This document shows, piece after piece, positions 41,820 through 50,427 of a DNA stretch of 64,000 nt; the stretch's first letter is position 1; every line of letters starts with the position of its first letter. A model generated the notes under the pieces. That model searched no databases and was not told the DNA's origin. It saw only the letters and a list, made by a program, of their open reading frames with translations. This DNA is from Acidobacteriota bacterium (lineage in GTDB: Bacteria > Acidobacteriota > UBA890 > WLXD01). The position numbers were made by a program, and so were the translations under genes. Location of the stretch: NCBI GenBank assembly GCA_963666055.2, contig CAXWPH010000007.1, forward strand, positions 96,001 to 160,000. Reading direction: 5' to 3'.

Positions 41820-42023
41820 CTAGGACAGACACCGTGAACACCCATTGCGCTTGATGACGTTGCGGATGGCATCGACCGCGTACCAGAGCCGGCCACAGTT
41901 CTCGCAGATCGTCCACAAGTAGACGCGGCCGGGGTGCTGCTTCTGCACGTAGACGATTCGGCCGGGAGCCAGGCGCATTATCGGCGCTGCCTGCGGATCC
42001 CGCGCAATCTGCCACTTGTCCAC
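41820..42023 (-). CDS. Small putative zinc-binding protein
   Basis: CENC...CSRC; TAG stop supplied by the CTAG of the fourth repeat. Confidence 0.45.
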   Translation of the reverse strand: MDKWQIARDPQAAPIMRLAPGRIVYVQKQHPGRVYLWTICENCGRLWYAVDAIRNVIKRNGCSRCLS

Positions 42024-42554
42024 AACCCCCTAATTGTCGCACACCCGCCACGGGATACCCGGACGACTCGCCTAGCTCCGTCCTTCGAGCGCACAACGGA
42101 GGCTCGTGTCGCGGCACTATCCGGCTGGGGCGCTGTGGGTCTAGGATGGGTGCAAGCCCCTTGGCGCGGGACGAGACATAGAAGAGCGGCCGCTGCCGGG
42201 CAGCCGCGCGCTAGCTATCGATATGCCTGGCCGTAGACCACAGCGGCGCCAGCGTCTCGCGTTGAGGGGTGGGGCCGCGCATGCTCGCTCGAGGATGTAG
42301 CCCACCCCGAGCTCGCGTCGCTCCCCCTGGTCCCCCTCCGCTGTCGGCGCATCCCTGCGTTGCTTTCACAAGCAATCGACCGACAGAGGGGTCGGGGGTG
42401 GGGGAGGTCTAGCGGAACCTAGCGAGCGAGAGGGCGTACCCAACGCACATGTTGTTAGAAAATCCCGAGAAATACGGGCTAGGGGAAAGCTGCTTTGCAG
42501 CACAGCCAACCTCCGATAAAAAGCACTCTAATGAGCTTTTTGTAGCTAATTGCA

Positions 42555-42691
42555 CTACGATACGGGACACCGTGCGGATGGCAGAGGCGCCCTACTACCG
42601 CGAGTCGATCATTACCTACGACAACACCGGCACCGGGTCCGAGGACTACCGGGCACTGGCAATCGAATTTGAACGGAGGGCAAGGAGATGA
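42555..42691 (+). pseudogene. parA: ParA/Soj family ATPase, C-terminal remnant
   Basis: TIRDTVRMAEAP...IITYD...GSEDYRALAIE matches the ParA C-terminus; Walker motifs missing. Confidence 0.75.
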
Positions 42692-43086
42692 CGGCACGCC
42701 GTGTCGGGCTTCAACCACACGCTGTCGACGAAGCTGAGCTAAGGGCCGCAGAGAGAGTCATCGCCGCCACCAAGAAGAAGGCGAGCACCAGAGCCGCGAC
42801 CCATGAAGAGGGCGAGGCACCCCCGCAGACGCCGTACTCGTTCCGACTGACCCCGGCGACCGTCGACAGCGTTCGCGATGCCGTGGTCTACCTCGAGACG
42901 TTGACGAAGGCTTCCGCGGCTGGGCTGACCGACAAGAAAGCACCGAAGAAAGCGTTGGGCATGAGCGAGTTTGTGGACGCTGCTCTCGTCGACTACGTGA
43001 ACCGGATGGCGAAGCGCTACAACGGGGGCGAAGCGTTCCCGGCTCGATCTGCTAACCCGAAGCCGGGTCGCCGAGTCGGACAATGA
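42688..43086 (+). CDS. Putative plasmid partition/centromere-binding protein
   Basis: ATGA overlap with the parA remnant; SFRL...VRDAV...SEFVDAAL...YNGG-x2-FP-x-R ribbon-helix-helix-like pattern. Confidence 0.6.
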   Translation: MTARRVGLQPHAVDEAELRAAERVIAATKKKASTRAATHEEGEAPPQTPYSFRLTPATVDSVRDAVVYLETLTKASAAGLTDKKAPKKALGMSEFVDAALVDYVNRMAKRYNGGEAFPARSANPKPGRRVGQ

Positions 43087-43563
43087 GCGACCAGGACGTT
43101 AGCGAGTTGGTCGCCAGGGTAGGGCAAGCTAGAGCGCGACAACAAGCGGTTGAAGCTAGCCGGCGGTGGCGCGGTGGCGGTGCTGCTCGCCGTTGCGCTG
43201 GTCGGTGCGGTGATGCCGCAGGAGATTCCCGACGCAATCGACGCCAGGATATTTCGCGTGTTCGATGAGACCGGAAAGATGCGCGCTGCGTTGTCCGCTG
43301 ATGGCATCTGGTTCGACGATGAGAGCGGGACGCGGCGAGCCTCGATGGACACCGACGGCATCCGCTACACCGACGAGAACGGCACTACGCGCAGCACGGT
43401 GGGCGCGTTTGGCTTCGACTACTTCGACGAGAACGGCAAGACGCGGGCTCAACTTGGCCGCACCGTGATCGTCACGACATCAACCGGAGCAGAGACTACC
43501 TACCCGGCAACGATGGTCCTGTACGACGCCGAGTTCAAGGTCATCTGGCAGGCACCTCGGTAA
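43083..43563 (+). pseudogene. Paralog of the 18254-18724 protein, with a +1 frameshift near 43120-43125
   Basis: MSDQDVSELVARVG, frame change, KLERDNKRLKL-TM-QEIPDAIDARIFRV...; same repeats and a WQAPR end. Confidence 0.7.
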
Positions 43564-43633
43564 GAAAAGCTATAAGCGAGACGACAGCGTACCGACGCGC
43601 AAATAAGCCAACGAACGATCCCCTTGAGGAACG

Positions 43634-43735
43634 ATGACCATGCGACGCCCTGATATCGTCGAGATCACACCCGTACTGATATTGATAACGCCGCTCGTAC
43701 TGCTCGCCGGACTGCTGCTACGGCACCTCGTATGA
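43634..43735 (+). CDS. 33-aa hydrophobic peptide
   Basis: GAGGA RBS; MTMRRPDIVEITPVLILITPLVLLAGLLLRHLV*. Confidence 0.35.
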   Translation: MTMRRPDIVEITPVLILITPLVLLAGLLLRHLV

Positions 43736-44069
43736 GGCTTCGTTTCTAGCAGGCCGTATGCGCTTTCGAACCACGGGCTGTGCGCAGCGGGGGAATACGT
43801 GCCATCGCCTGACGCGCTGCATGTGTTGCCAGGACCGAACGGGGCCGCAACGCGAGCTCGGGGTGGGCTACATCCTCGAGCTCGCATGCGAGACCCCTCA
43901 ACGCGAGGCGCTCTTCGCCGCTGTGGTTCTCAGGTCGCCAGCGGCGGTGGACCGGCACCGTCAGCGTCCCGCGCCAAGGGGCAACACCATCCTAGACCCC
44001 CCCCCCCCCCCCCCGCACACCGACCAGGTAGTGCCATAGCGAACAGCGTAGCGCTGGCTCACGCTACGT

Positions 44070-44245
44070 CAAATCCGACACCTATAAAAAGGACCTGAGG
44101 CCACAGCTACCGAGCGGCGTAGCGCTGGGCACAACCTTCCAAATTCGACACCCTTAAAAAGGGGGCTCAGTAGCGAAGGGAACCTTTTTCTCTGCTCCGT
44201 CTGCAGCACCCTCACGCTTTGTCAAATTTGACGACATTAAAAAGG
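44070..44245. repeat. Three imperfect 23-bp direct repeats
   Basis: caaatccgacacctataaaaagg (44070), caaattcgacacccttaaaaagg (44140) and caaatttgacgacattaaaaagg (44223). Confidence 0.75.
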
Positions 44246-44361
44246 AGCTCAGCGCGCCCTTCGCTTTGAAGCCTTTACTTCTCAGTGGCTTGGCGGGGTG
44301 CGTCGGTGTGCTGGTGGAATAGCAAATTGCAACTCGCGGGGGGGGGGGGGGGGGGGGGGGG

Positions 44362-45166
44362 GGCACTGTCAAGTTAACTGCGCGACGCTCGGATTTGGGC
44401 AAGTTCTGGCCCTGGAGTTGGGTTCCTTCAGGCGGTGACTACCGCACTCCAGGTCCCAAGAGCACTAGTGCGAAGTACCCGGTAGTCCGCGGATCGTAAT
44501 CGGTGCCGGCTCAGGTTGAAAAGATTCCGGACGACACCGTGTACGGACAGAAACCGTTGAGCTTGAGCCGCAGACTTGAACCTCCGCATCTGTCGTTCGC
44601 GCTGCCGAGTCGGCTGATGTGAGAGCTCTGCACGGTTGTTCGCATAGCGCTTGGTGACGTGCTCCACCGTGGGCATCACACTCCGGTGCGCGGCCCCGTA
44701 GCTTCTTAGCTTGTCGGTGGTCAACCATCGGGGTTCGCTCCCCTCCCCTTTCAGCAACTTGCGGAAGAATCGCGTGGCGGCGTGAGCGTTGCGACGTCGT
44801 TGGACCAGAATGTCGATCACGTCACCGTCTTGATCGACCGCCCGCCACAGATAGTGGCGCTCCCCGCGAATGCTGACGAAGACCTCGTCCAAGAACCAGG
44901 TGTCTCCGAGCCGACCTTGCCGCCGACGAAGCCTCCGGGCGTACTCCAGGCCGAACTTCGTGCACCAGTACCGGATGGCCTCGTACGAGACGGTGACACC
45001 TCGCTTCGCCAGGAGATCTTCGACGTCTCGGAGGCTCAAGCCAAACCGGTGATACAGCCAAACGGCGTGGCTGATGATCTCGGGCGGGAAGCGGTGCCGA
45101 CGGTAGCTCAGCCGATCATTGCTCATAGGCGAACGGTGCCAGGCAGTACGTTAACTTGACAGTGCC
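44362..45166 (-). mobile_element. IS6 family insertion sequence (805 bp)
   Basis: 17-bp terminal inverted repeats ggcactgtcaagttaac / gttaacttgacagtgcc around a DDE transposase; no target duplication. Confidence 0.95.
44428..45126 (-). CDS. IS6 family transposase
   Basis: RHRFPPEII, LSLRDVEDLL, WFLDE, YLWRAVD, TDKL and NNRAE motifs. Confidence 0.96.
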   Translation of the reverse strand: MSNDRLSYRRHRFPPEIISHAVWLYHRFGLSLRDVEDLLAKRGVTVSYEAIRYWCTKFGLEYARRLRRRQGRLGDTWFLDEVFVSIRGERHYLWRAVDQDGDVIDILVQRRRNAHAATRFFRKLLKGEGSEPRWLTTDKLRSYGAAHRSVMPTVEHVTKRYANNRAELSHQPTRQRERQMRRFKSAAQAQRFLSVHGVVRNLFNLSRHRLRSADYRVLRTSALGTWSAVVTA

Positions 45167-45175
45167 TGAGTCCGC

Positions 45176-46855
45176 TCAGTGCTTAGTCAGCTTGCGGTAC
45201 TTGATGCGGTGCGGCTGATCGGCCTCGCGACCTTTGCGGCGCTTGTAGTCGGCCTCGTAATCCTGGTAGTTGCCGGCGAACCACTCCACGTGGCTGTCGC
45301 CCTCGAAGGCGAGAATGTGGGTGGCAACGCGGTCGAGAAACCAGCGGTCGTGGCTGATGATCACCGCACAGCCGGCGAAATCGAGCAGGGCTTCCTCGAG
45401 AGCGCGCAGGGTATCGACGTCGAGGTCGTTGGTGGGCTCATCCAGCAGCACCACGTTGGCGGCCGACTTCAGCACCCGGGCCAAGTGAACCCTGTTGCGC
45501 TCACCGCCCGAGAGCATCGACACCTTCTTTTGCTGATCACCACCCTTGAAGTTGAAGCTCGCCACATAGGCTCGGGAGTTCACCTCTCGCTTGCCGAGGG
45601 TGACGTAATCCCGACCCTCCGAGATGGCCTCCCAGACGTTCTGATCTGGCTGCAGCACATCGCGGGACTGATCGACGTAGCCGAACACCGCGGTCTCGCC
45701 CAAGCGTAGCTTTCCGGCGTCGGGCTCCTCGCTGCCGGTGATCATGCGAAAAAGCGTGGTCTTTCCGGCACCGTTGGGTCCCACGACGCCGACGATCCCG
45801 GCCGGCGGCAGCTGGAAGGAGAGGTCATCGATCAGCAGCCGGTCGCCGAAGCCCTTCGATAGATGATCGGCCTCGATCACCACGTCGCCGAGGCGCGGGC
45901 CCGGCGGGATAAAGATCTCCACCGTCTCGGGAATGCGCTCATTGCCCTCCTGGCGCAGCTTCTCGTAGGCGCTCAGCCGCGCCTTGCCCTTGGCCTGGCG
46001 AGCGCGGGGCGCCATGCGCACCCACTCGAGCTCGCGGCGCAAGGTGCGCTCGTGGGCCCGGTTCTTCCTCTGCTCCTGCGCCATCCGCAGCTGCTTCTGC
46101 TCCAGCCAGGAGGAGTAGTTGCCCTCCCACGGGATACCGGCACCGCGATCGAGCTCGAGAATCCAGCCGGCGACGTTGTCGAGAAAGTACCGGTCGTGGG
46201 TGATGGCAACCACCGATCCCGGGTAGTCCTTGAGATGGCGTTCGAGCCAGGCGACCGACTCGGCATCTAGGTGATTGGTGGGCTCGTCGAGCAACAGCAG
46301 ATCGGGCTTCTGCAACAGCAGCCGGCAGAGGGCGACGCGGCGGATCTCGCCTCCCGACAGCGTGGTGACGTCGGCGTCACCGGGTGGGCAGCGGAGCGCA
46401 TCCATGGCGATCTCGAGGGTCGATTCGAGGTCCCAGCCGTTGACCGCCTCGATCTTGTCCTGCAGCTTGCCCTGCTCGTCGAGCAGCTTGGTCATCTCGT
46501 CGGGATCGAGGTCGGGATCGGCGAACTTGTCGCTCACCTCGTTGAAGCGATCCAGCAAACCCTTGACGTCGGCCATCCCCTCCATGACGTTCTCGAGGAC
46601 GGTCTTGGAGGGATCCAGCTGTGGCTCCTGTGGCAGGAGCCCGACCGTGGCCTTCTTGTCGAGAAACGCCTGACCGTCGAAATCGGTCTCGACGCCCGCC
46701 ATGATGCGCAGCAGGGTCGACTTGCCGGCGCCGTTGTGACCGAGCACGCCGATCTTGGCGCCCCAGAAGAACGACAGCCAGATTCCCTTGAGAATCTCGC
46801 GATTGGGCGGCACCCGCTTCTTGAGGTCCTGCATGGTGAAGATGATGTCGGGCAT
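45176..46855 (-). CDS. ettA: Energy-dependent translational throttle protein (ABC-F)
   Basis: GAKIGVLGHNGAGKST, two ABC domains, EGNYSSWLEQK and HRIKYRKL C-terminus. Confidence 0.96.
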   Translation of the reverse strand: MPDIIFTMQDLKKRVPPNREILKGIWLSFFWGAKIGVLGHNGAGKSTLLRIMAGVETDFDGQAFLDKKATVGLLPQEPQLDPSKTVLENVMEGMADVKGLLDRFNEVSDKFADPDLDPDEMTKLLDEQGKLQDKIEAVNGWDLESTLEIAMDALRCPPGDADVTTLSGGEIRRVALCRLLLQKPDLLLLDEPTNHLDAESVAWLERHLKDYPGSVVAITHDRYFLDNVAGWILELDRGAGIPWEGNYSSWLEQKQLRMAQEQRKNRAHERTLRRELEWVRMAPRARQAKGKARLSAYEKLRQEGNERIPETVEIFIPPGPRLGDVVIEADHLSKGFGDRLLIDDLSFQLPPAGIVGVVGPNGAGKTTLFRMITGSEEPDAGKLRLGETAVFGYVDQSRDVLQPDQNVWEAISEGRDYVTLGKREVNSRAYVASFNFKGGDQQKKVSMLSGGERNRVHLARVLKSAANVVLLDEPTNDLDVDTLRALEEALLDFAGCAVIISHDRWFLDRVATHILAFEGDSHVEWFAGNYQDYEADYKRRKGREADQPHRIKYRKLTKH

Positions 46856-46982
46856 TAGTGTCCTGAGTGGTGCCTCGGTTGACGTGCCCTCCCGATAACG
46901 GAGAGGCTGGGACCGCACAGCTGTGAAAGCCTAGTACGGGCAGCGATACGTTATTCGCCGAAAACCGAGTGAGGAGCCTTCA

Positions 46983-48722
46983 ATGACGGATATGACTCGC
47001 GGTGCGTTCCTCGGCCTCGGTGCTGCCGCCGCAGCAGCGGCCGCGACGACAATCGGAACGGGCCGCGGCGCCAGCGCCCGTACCAGCGAAGCGAGCGGCA
47101 CAACTACAGGTCAGGGCGCGGCGCCGAGCACAGGGTCGCGCATGAGGCCGGATCTCGTGGTCACCAACGGTCGCGTGCTCACCGGCGATGCGCGGCAGCC
47201 GCTCGCCGAGGCGTTCGCTGTTCACCGCGATAGGTTCGTCGCTGTCGGCAGCACCGACGAGGTCTCCAACCTGATCGGGCCCGAAACCGAGGTGATCGAC
47301 GCCTCCGGCATGTGCGTCACGCCGGGGTTCGTCGACGCGCACTCGCACCCGCTGTGGGGTGGTCTGGCGGCGCTGATCAGCGTCGATACCAACCTCGGGA
47401 GCATTCAGCGCATTCAGGATGCGCTCTCAGCACGAGCCCGAGAGACCGAGCCGGGCGAGTGGGTCGTCGGCTTCATGTACGACGACACCAAGCTCAGCGA
47501 AGGGCGCCCGCTGGATCGCCGCGACCTCGACGAGGCGGTGCCCGACCATCCGGTGTTCGTCGGCCACCGAGGCGGCCACACCGCGGTGGTCAACAGCGCT
47601 GCGTTCGACGCCGCCGGGATAACCGTCGCCACGCCAGATCCGCGCGGCGGCACGATCTATCGCGACAACGGCGAGCTCACCGGCAGGATTGCCGGGCCCG
47701 CCCTCGACCCGTTCCAGGCCTTGCTTCCCGATCCGTCGAGCCGCGAGCAGCGGCAGGCGGCGGTGAAGCTCATCTCCGGGCTGATGAGCGCTACCGGGTT
47801 GACCTCGGTGCACGCCGCCGGCGTCGGGTCGGCTGCTTTCATTGCTTTCCAGGACGCCCGAGCGGCCGGGGAGCTCGGCTTCCGCGCCAACCTGTTTGCC
47901 AACGCCGACGCCTACCCGAGCTTCCGGGCATCAGGCATTCGCAGCGGCCTGGGCGACGAGTGGCTGCGCCTCGGGCCGGTGAAGTACGTCGCCGACGGTT
48001 CAGCCTCGGAGCGCACCATGCGCATGAGCACACCGTACATGGGACGGGCCGACGACTACGGCATCCTGTACATGTCGCAGGAGGAGATCCACGAGGCCGT
48101 GGAGGACGCCCACCGCGCCGGCTGGCAGGTGGCGATTCACGCCAACGGCGATGTGACCATCGACATGGTCCTTCAAGCCTACGAACGCGTGCAGGAGCTA
48201 TGGCCGCGTGACGATGCGCGGCATCGCATCGAGCACTGCTCGCTGGTGAACCCCGGTCTCTTGCAGCGCATCAAGGATGGCGGCGTCATCCCCGCCCCCT
48301 TCTACACCTACGCCCACTTCCACGGCCACAAGTGGGTCGAGTATGGGCAAGAGAAGATGGAGTGGATGTTCGCCCACCGCTCGTTCCTGGAGTACAGCAT
48401 ACCGGTGGCACCGGCGTCCGACTGGACCCCCGGTCCGTTCCAGCCGCTCATGGCGATCCAGAGCATGGTGACGCGCAAGGACTACGACGGCCGTGTCTGG
48501 GGGCCGAGCCAGCGCATCAGCGTCGACCAGGCGCTGAAGATCTGCACCATGCACGGTGCTTACGCCTCGTTCGAGGAGAACCTCAAGGGTTCGATCACCG
48601 TTGGCAAGCTGGCCGATTTCGTGCTGCTCGCCGCCGACCCGCACGACGTCGACCCGGACACGATCAAGGAGATCCCGGTACTGCGCACCGTGGTCGGAGG
48701 GCAGACTCGATGGCGCGCGTAG
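46983..48722 (+). CDS. YtcJ-like amidohydrolase with Tat-like signal
   Basis: TRGAFLG, PGFVDAHSH, K-x2-ADGS, HANGD, RIEHC and GKLADFV motifs. Confidence 0.92.
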   Translation: MTDMTRGAFLGLGAAAAAAAATTIGTGRGASARTSEASGTTTGQGAAPSTGSRMRPDLVVTNGRVLTGDARQPLAEAFAVHRDRFVAVGSTDEVSNLIGPETEVIDASGMCVTPGFVDAHSHPLWGGLAALISVDTNLGSIQRIQDALSARARETEPGEWVVGFMYDDTKLSEGRPLDRRDLDEAVPDHPVFVGHRGGHTAVVNSAAFDAAGITVATPDPRGGTIYRDNGELTGRIAGPALDPFQALLPDPSSREQRQAAVKLISGLMSATGLTSVHAAGVGSAAFIAFQDARAAGELGFRANLFANADAYPSFRASGIRSGLGDEWLRLGPVKYVADGSASERTMRMSTPYMGRADDYGILYMSQEEIHEAVEDAHRAGWQVAIHANGDVTIDMVLQAYERVQELWPRDDARHRIEHCSLVNPGLLQRIKDGGVIPAPFYTYAHFHGHKWVEYGQEKMEWMFAHRSFLEYSIPVAPASDWTPGPFQPLMAIQSMVTRKDYDGRVWGPSQRISVDQALKICTMHGAYASFEENLKGSITVGKLADFVLLAADPHDVDPDTIKEIPVLRTVVGGQTRWRA

Positions 48723-49234
48723 GCTCACGGTACGCCGCGGCGCTACAGAGAATCGAAATTAGATTGAGCCGCCGATACGAGCGTGCAGCGACGGGATCGG
48801 CGCGAACGCGCCTGGTCGCGCTTGCATCGATGGCGACGATGCTCACGGCCTGCGCCAGCCCGGGGCGGAGCGTAAGCGTGCACACACCGACGTGGACGTG
48901 TCCGGCACCTCTCGAGCCTTACCTCCGTGCGGCGCTGTACATGAGTGGTCGCAACACCGACGGGCTCGCGGATGACCGGTGGGAACAGCTCGTCAACGAG
49001 GTTCTCATCCGACACTTCCCGGGCGGCGCAACGGTACTGGAAACCAGGGGTTGGTGGCAGCGGAGCAACGGCGGCGCGGCAACAAGCGCCGGCCGCACGA
49101 TCGTCATCCTGCACCCGCTCGCGGAACGCGATTCGTTCGTCGAGGCCGTGGAGATGGTCATTGCAGAGATCAAGGAGCGCTTCAACCACCGATCCGTTCT
49201 GTGGGAGGAGGCCCGCGTCTGTGCAACGTTCTGA
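48710..49234 (+). CDS. DUF3574-like lipoprotein
   Basis: LTAC lipobox, W-x-x-L...FPGG-x-TV...G-x-W and F-x-H-x-SVL; start uncertain. Confidence 0.7.
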   Translation: MARVGSRYAAALQRIEIRLSRRYERAATGSARTRLVALASMATMLTACASPGRSVSVHTPTWTCPAPLEPYLRAALYMSGRNTDGLADDRWEQLVNEVLIRHFPGGATVLETRGWWQRSNGGAATSAGRTIVILHPLAERDSFVEAVEMVIAEIKERFNHRSVLWEEARVCATF

Positions 49235-49269
49235 GGCTGCTTGCGAGCGACAATGCCCAGGAGGATGAG

Positions 49270-49584
49270 ATGAGAAAGTTGTATCTGGCGTTCGCCATCG
49301 TCGGCGCGGTAATTCCGTACGTCTTCTTCTTCGAGTTCTTCTCGACCCAAGGCACCCGGCTTCCGGACTTCATCGCCGCCCTCTTCGTGAACGGCGCCGC
49401 CGGTGGTTTTTCCGCCGACCTGGTCATCACCTCCGCGGTGTTCTGGGTGTTCATGTTCAAGCAGCAGCAGCGCGGGAAGGGCCCGAATCCGATTCCCTAC
49501 ATCGTCGTCAACCTGCTGATCGGTCTTTCCTGCGCGCTCCCTGGATACCTGTACCTGAGGGAGCGCCGGAACGAATCGGCGTGA
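49270..49584 (+). CDS. DUF2834-like membrane protein
   Basis: GAVIPY, FSADL and GLSCALP-x-YLYLRE motifs. Confidence 0.8.
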   Translation: MRKLYLAFAIVGAVIPYVFFFEFFSTQGTRLPDFIAALFVNGAAGGFSADLVITSAVFWVFMFKQQQRGKGPNPIPYIVVNLLIGLSCALPGYLYLRERRNESA

Positions 49585-49618
49585 CAGCGGCAGGAGTGTT
49601 GCCGCCCGTCGGGGTTGC

Positions 49619-50149
49619 GTGATGCGCGAGGGGCGTGTCTCGCCGGACGGGTCATCGGCACTCTTGATCGAGGGGATGTTGCCGGCTGATTGGGAGGCGG
49701 TGCGCAAGATATACGGCGACGGCATCGCCACGGGCGATGCGACGTTCGAGACCGAGGTTCTGTCTGAGCCCGACTGGGACCGAGCCCATCTGCAGGAGTG
49801 TCGGCTGGTGGCCCGCGCCGACGATCGCGTTGTCGGTTGGGCCGCACTGAGCCGGGTATCCGATCGGCAGGTGTACTGCGGCGTTGCTGAGGTGAGCGTC
49901 TACGTGGCCACAGCGGCACGGGGGCGCGGCATCGGGTTGAGGTTGCTTCGTGCCCTCGTCGAAGCCTCGGAGCGAGCCGGCGTGTGGACATTGCAGGCCG
50001 GCGTCTTTCCGGAGAACGACGCCAGCCTGCGGCTACACGAGGCGTGTGGATTTCGACGGGTAGGCACGAGGTACCGGTTGGGAGAGCTGAGACAACAGTG
50101 GCGCGACGTCGTGCTACTCGAGCGCCGCAGCGAGGTCGTCGGGATATGA
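49619..50149 (+). CDS. GNAT N-acetyltransferase (phosphinothricin acetyltransferase-like)
   Basis: ATFET, VAEVSVYV, RGRGIG, N-x-ASLRLH and WRDV-x-LLERRS motifs. Confidence 0.92.
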   Translation: MMREGRVSPDGSSALLIEGMLPADWEAVRKIYGDGIATGDATFETEVLSEPDWDRAHLQECRLVARADDRVVGWAALSRVSDRQVYCGVAEVSVYVATAARGRGIGLRLLRALVEASERAGVWTLQAGVFPENDASLRLHEACGFRRVGTRYRLGELRQQWRDVVLLERRSEVVGI

Positions 50150-50427
50150 GAAGAACATGGGGTTCGCTCGACGCTTGGATCTTCAGGCCCGGCGCACCGG
50201 CGATGGTGGCGACGCAACCGCCCCTCGACCGACTCATCGAGCACGGATTCGACATTGCTTGCGGCGACTGGCGTGGCGCCGAGCTGACCATGCCCAGCGA
50301 GCATCCGTGGACGCAGCCGCTCGCACAGGCACTTCGTGCAGGACACGCACAGATCGCCGAGCTGCTCTCCGGTGACTTGGAACGGACGCGCCTCCCCGGG
50401 CCAGATTCCGCATCGAGGGAATCGTGA
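50146..50427 (+). CDS. Small hypothetical protein or ankyrin-like fragment
   Basis: Overlaps both neighbours by 4 nt; LIEHGFDI and PLAQALRAGHAQIAELL resemble ankyrin repeats. Confidence 0.4.
   Translation: MRRTWGSLDAWIFRPGAPAMVATQPPLDRLIEHGFDIACGDWRGAELTMPSEHPWTQPLAQALRAGHAQIAELLSGDLERTRLPGPDSASRES

Larger units (their letters stand above)
39898..41824. repeat. Four direct copies of a 36-bp hairpin-containing repeat (39898-39933, 40240-40269, 40732-40767, 41789-41824)
   Basis: GCTCTCCCGTGGTGAGAGCCGA[T/C]CTATTCCGCTAGG; copy 2 has a 1-nt deletion and lacks CTAGG. Confidence 0.92.

Noticed and set aside
39898-41824. CRISPR array interpretation of the 36-bp palindromic repeats
   Set aside because: The spacing (340-1060 bp) is far too long and irregular, and there are no cas genes in the window.
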